64,000 nucleotides of DNA from NCBI GenBank assembly GCA_964016885.1, contig OZ024743.1, positions 51,398,001 through 51,462,000 on the forward strand, read 5' to 3'. This DNA is from Eledone cirrhosa. Lineage: Eukaryota. The translations under genes were made by a program, and so were the position numbers. A model generated the notes under the pieces. That model saw only the letters and a program-made list of their open reading frames with translations, was not told where the DNA came from and did not search any database. Shown piece by piece: positions 53,536 to 64,000 of the stretch (position 1 is its first letter; each line of letters begins with the position of its first letter).

Positions 53536-53862
53536 GAGGCACATGGCTTAGTGGTTAGAGCATTGGCCTTGCAATCGAAAGGTTGTGAGTTCAATTCTCA
53601 GACCGGGTGATGTGTTGTTTCCTTGAGCAAGACATTTTATTTCACATTGCTCCAGTTTACTCAGCTGTAGAAATGAGATGATAGGGACTAGGGTCCATAT
53701 CATTCCACTGCAAAGTGGTCGTGGAGGTGCCACGGCAAAAAAGCACCCAGCCCTCTGTAAATGAGGTTGGTGTTAGGAAGGGCATCCAGCTGTAGAAATC
53801 AAGCCAGAATCAGTTCCCGTCCCACCCTTGCAAGCAGGGAAAAGTGGACGTAAAATGAAATG
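53536..53862 (+). mobile_element. Full-length tRNA-derived SINE with LINE-like tail
   Basis: A box TGGCTTAGTGG, B box GAGTTCAATTC, central ccttgagcaagaca, 3' 'gttaggaagggcatccagctgtagaa...ggacgtaaaatga'. Confidence 0.85.
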
Positions 53863-53879
53863 AATATATATATATATAT

Positions 53880-56820
53880 ATGGAAAAAAAAATGGAAGAT
53901 TAAATTTCTTGAGGATTGGGTTGATGACCATCCTAACCACATCCCTTTCTTTGTTCTTATTGAAACCCATCTCAATCCCCTCCACTTGGAAGCTGAGGTG
54001 AAAGTGAAGAATTTCAAAACTATCCGTGCAGATCGTGCAAGAAGAAGAAAGGGTGGAACTGCCATTTTTGTACATGATTCTTTTTCGACACAGGCTAAGA
54101 ACATATTTTCCACTAGATACTGTGAAGCAGTCACTGTGTACAGTAAAACCAACAACTTAGTAGTTGGACTGTAACCCAAATGCCTCTACCATGCTTCAAG
54201 GAATGTCTTAACAGCATAAAGTGTTTTATCTAGCAGTGTCACCCTGGCAACATCTTAATAATGGGGGACTTCAACCTCCCCGGTGTTAACTGGTCCACAG
54301 GCAGCTTGATACAAGGTTTTTCCTCCTCAACCCTTGACAAGGAGGCAGTAGAATCACTTCTTGACTTCACGGATGAGTTTTTCCTGGCCCAACTTGTGCT
54401 CGAACCAACAAGGTGCCACAAAAACGTCTTGGACCTAATGTTCAGTAATCACATTGACACTATCCACAATATTGCAGTGGAAAAACTCTACTCTCAGACT
54501 ATGACATGGTTCTCCATGATCTGAGATTCCACCATCCAAAAAGCAAACCCAATGACATCTCTCCAGTTCATCCATTTGGCACCATGGATCTTCATGCCTA
54601 GAAAGCGATCAATCATGATCTTGCACATATTGAAAAGGACTGGCTCCACTGTTGGCCCTCTAATTGCTGAAAATGGCACTCTCCAAGATAATGCTAAAAC
54701 CATGGGTGAGATACTGCAGAAACAATACTGTTCTGTTTTCAGCAATCCTGATATGGCTGATCTGGGCTGTATCAGTGATGTTAGTCCCCAACACACTATA
54801 TTGAATATAACGTTTGGCATCCCGATGTCTTAGCAGCAATAAAAGAAACTAAACACAATTCAGCAGTAGGCCCCGATGGGTTCCCTGCTTGTGTCCTGAA
54901 GGTGTGTCGACACCAACTTGCATCTCCTCTCGCTAATCTGTGGAGGAACTCACTGGACAGTGGCTATATTCCTGAAAACTTTCTGTGCCAGTCCGTTGTC
55001 CCAGTCTTCAAAAAGGGAAATAAGTCCCTTGCAGTGAACTACTGTCCGATCTCACTCACCTCTCATATTATCAAGGTATTTGAGAGGGTGATGAGATCAC
55101 AAATAACTCACTTTCTCGAAAGCAACAGACTGCTGAACTCCAACCAACATGGGTTCCGTAATGGAAGGGACTGCCTAACGCAGCTCCTGCATCACTTTGA
55201 TGATGTTTTGAGAGCTTTGGGAGAGGGCTCCAACACTGATGTCATCTACTTTGATTTCAGCAAGGCCTTTGACAGGGTTGATCACAACATTCTACTGAGA
55301 AAACTATCCAACATTGGTGTCACTGGAAAGTTGCTGCAGTGGATCAAGTGTTTCCTGTCAAACAGAGCCCAACATGTTGTAGTTGAAGGAGTAAAATCCA
55401 GCTCAGCCAAAGCCAGTAGTGGTGTCCCACAAGGCACTGTGTTGGGCCAACATCTTTTCATTATCTATATTAATGATAGCGGTGGATTGGCAGTATCGGT
55501 AGAGAGTCGGACGCCATGCTTTCCAGCATAGTTACGTCCCTTTACGATCTGAGTTCAAATCCCGCCGAGGTTGACTTTGCCTTTCATCCTTACGGGGTCG
55601 ATAAAATAAAGTACCAGTAATGCACTGGATAATTGCTGGCCTTGTGCCTAAAGTAGAAACAATTATCTATATTAATGATAGAGGGTCGGACGCCATGCTT
55701 TCCAGCATAGTTACGTCCCTTTACGATCTGAGTTCAAATCCCGCCGAGGTTGACTTTGCCTTTCATCCTTACGGGGTCGATAAAATAAAGTACCAGTAAT
55801 GAACTGGGTAATTGCTGGCCTTGTGCCTAAAGTAGAAACAATTATCTATATTAATGACATTACTGATATCATCAAGCACAGCAACATAAACATCTTTGCA
55901 GATGATTCCAAGCTCCAGAAGGTCATCAATGGCATGGGTGACCAAATATGCCTCCAATCTGATCTACTGGCTTTTATCCAATGGGCGGAAAAAACAATAT
56001 GCTGTTGAATGAGGATAAGTTTGAGTTAATCCACTTTGGAAAAAAGGATGCCCTGAAACTACCATACTCTGTTCCTTTAGGTGAAACCCTCGTGGCATCC
56101 AACAACATCAGAGACCTGGGAGTAATTGTGGACAACAACATAAGCTGGGCTACTCATATAAACAGCAAAGTTGACATGGCCCGCAGAATGTGTTCCTAGA
56201 TTCTCAGAACCTTCCAGTCGGGAGATATCCACACTGTTGTCCTTCTCTTCTCCATTTTTGCCCGACCCCACCTTGAATACTGTTGTCCACTGTGGTCACC
56301 CCACATGAAACAAAGTATCATGAAAGTTGAAGCACCCCAAAGGTCAATTACAAAAAAGATAGATGGCATGACAGGCCTTGACTATTGGAGTCGACTAGAA
56401 AAACTCAAACTTTATTCTCTCCAACGCTACATTATCTGCATGATGGGGAACATATTCCATCAGCATTGCCTTTAAACTACACCCAAGACTTGGCCTCTGT
56501 GCTATCCGCTCACAACAAAAATCTCACTTGCATCTCATAACAACAATATGGCACAATTATTTCACTTCAATTGGCCCCGCTCTCTTTAACATTACACCAA
56601 AACACATAAAAATGGAAACAGACCCCATAAAATTCAAGTAGTCTTTGGACAAATCCCTTCAAGAAACCCAGGATAAACCTCCTACACCCGGATATGTCTC
56701 CGCAAACAATAACTCCCTTCTTGAGTGGGCCATGGTCTCCAAATCCTGATTTGAAAGACTTCGCCAGGTGATGCTATTAAGTTAGACATGGCCTGGGCCA
56801 ATACTGGCCAAAACCTATCA
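53880..56820 (+). mobile_element. CR1-group LINE ORF2, decayed, interrupted by a SINE dimer
   Basis: Endonuclease motifs IETHL, RADR...GG, MGDFNLP, LDLMF; RT motifs PISLTS, QHGFR, DFSKAFDRVDH, GVPQGTVLG, FADDSKL, RPHLEYC. Confidence 0.9.
55477..55840 (+). mobile_element. Young SINE tandem dimer inserted in the CR1 RT with a 17-bp TSD
   Basis: attatctatattaatga at 55460-55476, 55662-55678 and 55841-55857. The CR1 frame FIIYIND resumes after the last copy. Confidence 0.9.
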
Positions 56821-56821
56821 A

Positions 56822-56947
56822 ACGCGTTCTTGATAGCAGGTGTGGAGGAGAACTTTTTATTACGAAGGCAGTAAAAGACTTTGGGGGTTAAGCTGGAATC
56901 CGACCTCAGATCAGCAAATACAGTGTTCTGGCAGACCATCTGCCGAC
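56822..56947. mobile_element. Small internally inverted RTE fragment
   Basis: ~56876-56947 matches ~47053-47112 forward. ~56823-56866 matches ~47112-47157 in reverse complement. Confidence 0.75.
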
Positions 56948-58360
56948 ACACACATATATATATATATATATATACATACAAACACACGCACACATACACA
57001 TATATAATGAGCCGGAACAAAGTATCAATATAGCATCATTATGTTTATTCATTTGTGACGCGCGTTTCGCAATCGATCAGCTTAGAGTACGATCGGTATT
57101 GATCGCGTCCGATTCTGGAATTGATAGCTCATGAAACTTGTGTGAATCAAACGGGCAAAACAGACGCAGACGACACATTTGGCAGAGAATCTGAGGTAAC
57201 GGTGGTCGTCCTCAGTTATCGGTATATGACGGAAAATAGAGAGAATGAACAAGTGATCATTTGAGAGAAAGTCAGCACACGTGAAATTAAATAGAGCGCT
57301 GAAAGCAAAAGATGGATCTAAGCAAGAACAAATAAGCTACATGCGTAACAAGTAAGCTACATGCGTTCAACATAGTAGCCGACACACGCTTGCTTTAATA
57401 TTGAACGCCCCCCCCCCCTCCTCTCTCCTGCATGAAAGGAGGAACGACTAAAACAAGTGAGCGACGCGCGTTCATCATATTAGCCGACTCTAAAGCAAAC
57501 AACACACGCCTGCTTTAATATCGAAATCCGCTCTCTCCTCTATCGGCTGCAGCACATTTTGTTATACATTCTTTATATCTCTTCCGTGTGTGTATATATG
57601 TCATTTTTACTTCATATTTAGCGCGTGTGTATATATATATATATATCTTTTTCGTATCTTTCCTTTGTGTGTATATATACCACATCTTCGTATATAGCTC
57701 CATGTGTAATATCTTCTTATCTTTCCTATGTGTACGTGTTACATCTTCATATATATAGTCCCGTGTGAGTGTGTGTATATTACGTGTAAATCTATTTCGA
57801 GTCCCCACCCTCGCAGTCATTCCTCTGTCAGGACCCCGCCTCACACACATTCTTCCATAATGTCGTCAATGTCACTCTAACAACATCGTTTACACTTCTT
57901 CATAGCTTTATATATATATATATATATATATATAATCAACTTATCAGCATCTCTCTGTCTCTTCATAAATACTACTGCAACATTACTCACAACCAACAGG
58001 CTGACAACGAGCACTGTCGTGGTGCAGCACATTCTTATATTGAGTGCAGCTGTGGTGCATACAAACTAATATACACACAGGGAGGCCAACAAACACATAT
58101 ATACACGCATGTATATATATACACATAGTAACGTTAAATATATGTCTTCCAATTATACACGGTTATTCGCTGTATGACAAACATATGTGTATACACACCT
58201 AAGTATATATATATATATATATATACAGGTATATATACATACAGACCAAGAATAGAAAGATTTGGAAAAGTAGACGCTTATAAAAGAAAAGCTACACAAA
58301 GGAAAACGTGAAGACACTGAAGAAATATACAGATAGACATATATAGCAAAAAAGACATTA

Positions 58361-58394
<34 letters not shown>

Positions 58395-58469
58395 CCGAGG
58401 CAAATATATTATTGAAAAAAAGAGAAAGAAAGGCATATATAGGAAGAGAGATATTATATATACAGCAAG

Positions 58470-58501
<32 letters not shown>

Positions 58502-58969
58502 GGAGAGAGGGATTAAGGAAGAATGAAAGAAAGAGAAAGACTTTTGTGGGACGAGGAAGACTGAAGAAATTAATTGCCTGGTTGTCAAAACAAGGAGGAC
58601 AGAGAAATGGTTTACTGGTTTACCAAATGATAAAGACGATATGAAGGAGGAGCAACTAAATTAACTGTAAGTTGAAAATACGCGCCATATCTGGGATTAC
58701 GGATTAGTTTGGGGGAGAAATTGTTTTAAATATGTTTGGATTTATATATTTGTGTTGGAAGCGTTGAGACTACGACAGAAATACAAAATATATATATATA
58801 TATAAATACCTACCATAATTTTGATATATATATATATATACACGTATGTGTGTGTGTAGTCAACCCCGAAACAAAACAAACAAGCATGATCTCATGGAAG
58901 TTCATATGTATGTATATATTTTTCTCTATCTACCTGACTGCCTATGTGTGTGTACATTTAATGTTTCAA

Positions 58970-59069
58970 AAAAAGGTGGCAGTGACTTCGAAGTTTCGGT
59001 TTTAAAGGCTTCATTTAGTCTCAATAGTATCAATAGGTTTTTTTAAAACCGACGTCACTGCCACTTTTT
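58970..59069. repeat. Imperfect palindrome with a degenerate hammerhead-like motif on the minus strand
   Basis: aaaaggtggcagtgac...tcggttttaaa / tttaaaaccga.gtcactgccactttt. The minus strand reads CTAAATGAAG...ACCGAAAC. Confidence 0.7.
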
Positions 59070-59751
59070 CAGTGAAAAATAATATAACCTACACCCTGCT
59101 TTCATGTATTGAGTGCTCATTCCGATAATGGTTGACTGGTTCTATGTATGGTTTTACATAAAACATCACTGATACGCACACACACACAACGTGAAATCTT
59201 TTAATTATTGTCATTAACTCTACGTTATGTACTGAGTGCATTTTCTTCACATGAGATGTTTTTTTTAAATGAGTGCATATCTACATTCATTGCCTCTCCC
59301 TCTCTATGTGTATATATATGTTTGTGTGTGATTAGCTAACTCACATTTTGTATATCTAGCCACTTTGTGTCTATCAGGCTATCTAGCTGTATATATATCT
59401 GTCTATCACTCTATTTGACTTTCTACCTACTCTCGGGTCCCAAATAATAGGGTGGGGGTGGAAATTCGGTAATTTTTTTAGGTTGTCTCTGTTGAATTTT
59501 TAAAAAAACCAGTATTGGTCGTTTAGTTTACATATTGAGACCACAACCATTCATATTTATTTTATAACATATGGGATTTCTAGTGATGTACTTTCTTGTC
59601 ATGTATAATGTTTTTTAATGTCTAAAGAGAATTGTTTAGGAATGTTACCACAAAATAAAATTTCGCTGGAGATAGATTAGCAACATTTAATAAGTGGGGA
59701 GGGCATTATTGGAGATCCGAGAGTATCTTTTGAACAACCTAGTTGCCTATC

Positions 59752-59895
59752 CATTCATCCATCTGTATCTGCCCACCTGTACAACAGTGTCCCTCTACAT
59801 TCACCTGTATCTGTCCACCTGTACAAATGTGTCCCTTTACATTCATCTGCATCTGTCCACCTGTACAAATGTGTCCCTTTACATTCACCTGTATT
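59752..59895. repeat. 36-bp tandem repeat (~3.5 copies)
   Basis: Unit cattcacctgtatctgtccacctgtacaaatgtgtcccttta-like; the period is estimated by eye (~36-42 bp). Confidence 0.7.
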
Positions 59896-61041
59896 CACTT
59901 TGTTTCTCTATCTGTTTATCCATCCAGTTGTATCTGGGGCTAAACATCCACTTATTGTGTCTATCATGGCACAACAGTCCAACCACAGCTACATATTAAT
60001 TAAAAAGTAGATCACAGGTTAATCATTCCCACTAACGTTTGTTTACTATCAGTATGACGTGTACACACTCACACACACATGTGTGTGTGTGAGTGTGTAT
60101 AAACACACATACCCACACTTATGTCTGTGAGTGTGTGTGTACCCACACACTTATATGAGAAAATAATTACTATTTGGCATTAATTCTGGAGTTTTTTTAA
60201 AAACTTATTTTATCTTTGTATATCCAGGGGTAGTTGGTAGTTAGAACACAAGTGAAATAAATTCTTTCCAATCTAGGGAGGGATCACTTAGAAACACTTG
60301 ATAGCTTCTGTTGCCTAGGTGAGTTAATTAGCAAATGGAGGAGATTGCCTTGAAGGCATAGTAGCTAGAATATAAACAAGATGGAAAGAATTGAGGGTGC
60401 TACTACTTCTGTTGACAAAACATTTCTCACTCTACAAGTGAAGGGTAGATGGTATGATGTCTGTGCAAGAAGTGCAGTGTAGCAATGAGACATGGGCAGT
60501 AAATGTAGAGCACACGTGATGTTGCATGGTAGTCAGACATGGGCAGTGAACGCAGAGAATATGTGAAGGTTGGAAAAAAACAAATTGTTTATGCTCTGAT
60601 GGACATGTCACGTTAATGTGCATAAACAATGTTATGTCTTCTGCAATATTATAGCATCTACGACATTATCGCACCTTCTGCAACATTATCATATCTTCTA
60701 CATTATTATGTTTAATGCAACATTATCATGTCTTTTATTATTTTTCAGATGTGAAACAGATAATTACAAAAATTCATTCAAGCTGCACCTAGGACATGAA
60801 AGCTGCACTCTGTTCTAATGCAATTTACCTGCACTTGGGCCATAAAAGCTGCGCTTTACTCTAATGCAATTTATCTATCCTCCTTAAAATTGCTTCAGTT
60901 GTTCTGTGATAAAGAGTCTTGGTGGGTAAAAATTAAATAAAAAAAAGAAAAAGATCAAGAGGAACTGAAATTTGAATTCTTAAATTGAAGTTAGAACTCT
61001 TCCTTTTTATCTTTCACCTTCTCTCACGATAATAAACAAAC

Positions 61042-61358
61042 ATGTGTCCTCTTAAATTCAAGGAGAAAAGTAAGATTTCGCCCGAAGAGGAATTACAGAC
61101 TCAAAGACTGACCCGAGATATGGGCTATTTTTACCTGTTTGTGGCTAGTATTGTGGCCATTGCCTGGCTACTGGGAGCATTTGGCTTTTCGTTTATATGG
61201 ACGTTGGGTCTCATTGGAATTCTTTTCAGTATTTGGAAAACTAAACTGTTTAACCTGATGCGCAAGATCTCCAACCTCGAACAACTCGCAGTGCACCGGA
61301 AACGTGCACTGCGACAGAACGAGACAGCAGAATGGCTTAACTTTCTCTTCAATCGATG
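61042..61358 (+). CDS. Probable first coding exon of a membrane-anchored SMP-domain protein (extended synaptotagmin/tricalbin-like)
   Basis: Open 105 codons with a long hydrophobic hairpin-like segment (YFYLFVASIVAIAWLLGAFGFSFIWTLGLIGILFSIW), a basic linker, then ETAEWLNFLFNRW, typical of the SMP-domain start (ExxEWLN). Ends at a TG|GTAAGT donor. Confidence 0.8.
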
Positions 61359-61497
61359 GTAAGTCTTTAGTTTTCAGTCTTTAATCTTTTTTGTCTTCTA
61401 GCTTTTTAGTTATTGATAAATCAAGGTTAAATCACTTCAGTTTAAGGGAACTTAAAACCAGATGCAAGCATGGAAAATGGATGTAAAACAATGATGA

Positions 61498-61528
<31 letters not shown>

Positions 61529-61704
61529 CGATATGAAACTATATTTATAAAACCATATTTATTTCATTATACATATTTCAAGGACACCAAGTTAAATTAT
61601 GGTGTGCTTTCATCAGATAAAATATAATATAGATCAGTTTTATAAATAAATATTGACATACCCTTAAAGAATGCAACCATTGCTGTTGGAAGCTCCCGGA
61701 TAGT

Positions 61705-61870
61705 CATAAAACTTGTGGTTGGAGCTCTGCTCCAGCGACAAGTTTCATCAGTAGCCTGCAGCAAGTTGTCACGTAAGAAATTCCAGTTATTATCTATGTC
61801 ATACGTCTCTAAATCGTCTTCTTTTTCGTCATATACATCTTGAAGGGCTTTCCTAAATTTGTATTTTAGA
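61705..61870 (-). mobile_element. Inverted 5' segment of an RTE-like LINE
   Basis: KFRKAL...WNFLRDNLLQATDETCRWSRAP is the linker that normally precedes TWWWN. Confidence 0.7.
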
Positions 61871-63008
61871 CAGAGAGTGACCTGGTGGTGGAACAGACAG
61901 TAGATAAGGCCATTAGAGACAAAATACAAGCATGGAAGGCTTGGAAAAAGGGTGGGAGTAGGGAAGAATATACAGCCACTAAGAGAGAAGCTAGACGTCA
62001 GATGTACTTAGCACGCAGGGAGGCGGAGAGTAGGAGGTTTGCCAATGTTCTGCGACGGGAAGATCAGAGGCGTGCGGTGTTCCACATTGCAAGGCAGTAT
62101 GTCAATGCAAATCAGGATGTTGTTGGAGATAAATGTGTCCGGGATGATGCCGGTGTACTTAGTGTCACAAATGATCAGAAAAAGGAGGCCTGGAAATGTC
62201 ATTATGAGAGACTGATGAATGTGGAGAACGAATGGGAGAGAGAAATTACCCTTAGTAGATCCGACAGAGAGACCAGCTATTGAGATTGACGAATATAGGG
62301 TCCAAGAGGCGATTAAGGAAATGAAAAATGGTAAGGCTACTGGACCATCGGGAATAGTTGCTGGGTTGCTGAGATGCTGAAGGCATCAGGGGACGTAGGC
62401 ACTAAACTGGTTGCACGCATCATCAATCAGGCTATATATGGCGGTGTCATCCCAAAGACTGGTGCAGCAGTATTCTCATAAATTGCTACAAAAGTAAAGG
62501 GGATGCTCTGGAGAAGAGCAATTATAAGGGTATAAAACTGATGGATCAGGTTATGAAAGTGGCAGAAAGGATATTAGCACAACTAATTAGAGAAAGGGTC
62601 AAACTAGATGAGATGCAGTTTGGTTTTGTGCCTGGGAAGAGTACAACAGATGCCCTCTTCTTGGTGAGACAATTGCAAGAGAGGTTCTTAGAGAAAAATA
62701 AGCCACTATACTTAGCCTTTGTTGACCTAGAGAAGGCCTTTGATAGGGTACCCCGATCTGTCATCTGGTGGTCCCTAAGGAAGCTAGGTGTTGAGGAATG
62801 GCTTGTGAGGACAGTACAAACTTTGTACAGAGGTACTCTCAGTAAAGTCAGGGTAGGAATGGAGTTTAGTGAGGAATTCCAGATACAAGTAGGAGTACAT
62901 CAAGGTTCGGTCCTCAGCTCGCTCTTGTTCATTATAGTCCTCCAAGCCATAACAGAGGAGTTTAAGACTGGCTGTCCATGGGAACTTCTCTATGCTGACG
63001 ATCTGGTT
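61871..63008 (+). mobile_element. RTE-like LINE fragment (linker to RT YADD)
   Basis: TWWWN, EAWKCHYERLMNVE, QFGFVPGKSTTDA, FVDLEKAFDRVP, GVHQGSVLS, LLYADDLV. Confidence 0.92.
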
Positions 63009-63262
63009 CATCATCATCATCACCGTTTTACGTCTGTTCTTCCACGCTAGCATGGGTTGGACGGGTTATCCTGTTGTGGGCAGTGTCTAGTTGGCTCATA
63101 CAGGAACTGATTTGGCTTGATTTCTACAGCTGAATGCCCTTCCTAACACCAACCTCATTTACAGTGAGTGCTGGGTGCTTTTTTGTGGCGCCTACACGTC
63201 CACTTTACAGTGTGGGCTGGGTGCTTTTTTGCCGTGGCACCTCCACGACCACCTTGCGGTGG
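63009..63262 (-). mobile_element. SINE 3' half with (GAT)n tail
   Basis: Reverse complement of the 53700-53860 body, plus the tail aacccgtccaacccatgctagc...gatgatgatg. Confidence 0.8.
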
Positions 63263-63273
63263 GGGCATATTGT

Positions 63274-64000
63274 CTATATGCTTAAGCTTGTACCCATGGA
63301 AGGTCGGGTACTCTGTATTACTGCATGACGCCAGAAGTCACGGTCGTGTGTCATTGCCTTTGAGAGGTGTAATTGGGTAAGGTCGGCTTTTATCACCTCA
63401 TCCCAGGTCATCTTGGGTCTCCCCACTCCGCGGCTTCCATCAACTTCTAGTGCTCTGTATCTTTTTATGCAGCTGTCATCCTTCATACGCATCACATGTC
63501 CATACCAGCGCAACCGCCTCTCCTGCACACAGCATTTGATTCCTCTTATGCCCAGTCTCTCTCTCAATTCATTTATGCTTTGTCGTTCACGTATATTACT
63601 GTTACACATCCATCGGAGCATGAAGGCTTCGTTTCTCTCTAATCTACGTAAGTCTTCCACCGTCAGCGCCCAGGTTTCACTACCATGCAACATTGCTGTT
63701 CGGATACACGCATCATACAGTCTGCCTTTCATTCTGAGGGAGAAGCCTTTTGCAGCTAGCAGTGGTAGTAGTTCCCTAAACTTCTTCCATCCCGTTCTTA
63801 CCCTAGTTATTGTACTTTCTGAACACCCACCTCCGCTGCTAATTCGGTCACCTAGGTAGCAGAAGCTGTCTACTGTTTCCACAGAGCCCTCCCAGAGATT
63901 GGTGGTACTTGTTTCTCGTGGCTGTTTGCTGCTTGCTGTCTCAGCACAGCTGCTGCATGTGAAGCCTACATTCTTAATTAAGCTTCCTGAGATCCTGCTA
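63274..64000 (-). mobile_element. RTE-like LINE C-terminal part, open frame running off the window end
   Basis: VDSFCYLGD, RTGWKKFRELLPLL, MLHGSETW, MLRWMC, RRLRWYGHV, GRPKMTW. The frame is open to 64000. Confidence 0.92.

Noticed and set aside
53536-53610. tRNA gene
   Set aside because: A and B boxes are present but there is no complete cloverleaf, and it continues into a SINE body.
54902-55531. 209-aa RT ORF as an active or domesticated gene (also 62541 and 63274)
   Set aside because: Surrounding frames have stops, frameshifts and insertions; these are residual open stretches of dead LINEs.
60062-60099. CA/TG palindrome
   Set aside because: Low-complexity microsatellite fold-back with no evidence of function.

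Overview
Eukaryotic, AT- and repeat-rich genomic DNA. The SINE/LINE families and (TA)n-rich introns look cephalopod (Octopus-like); this is my inference. Bases 1-36171 are a homogeneous 53-bp tandem satellite (~680 monomers) with nested higher-order duplications of ~9.8 kb, ~5 kb and ~1.6 kb. The satellite lies downstream of exon 4 of a minus-strand DPH1 gene. Four coding exons of DPH1 can be reconstructed with matching splice phases (45508-37642), so the array is probably intronic. The rest is decayed retroelements (RTE, CR1, Tx1/L1-like, R4/Dong-like, Gypsy), tRNA-derived SINEs, MITE-like and Penelope-like palindromes (several with hammerhead-ribozyme core motifs), minisatellites, and a coding exon of a plus-strand membrane-anchored SMP-domain (extended-synaptotagmin/tricalbin-like) gene at 61042-61358. 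The ORFs listed for 1-35 kb are satellite artefacts. No prokaryotic features or CRISPR. I found no proven new system. The best leads are the intronic satellite, its higher-order structure, its hammerhead-like monomer, and the hammerhead-bearing palindromes.
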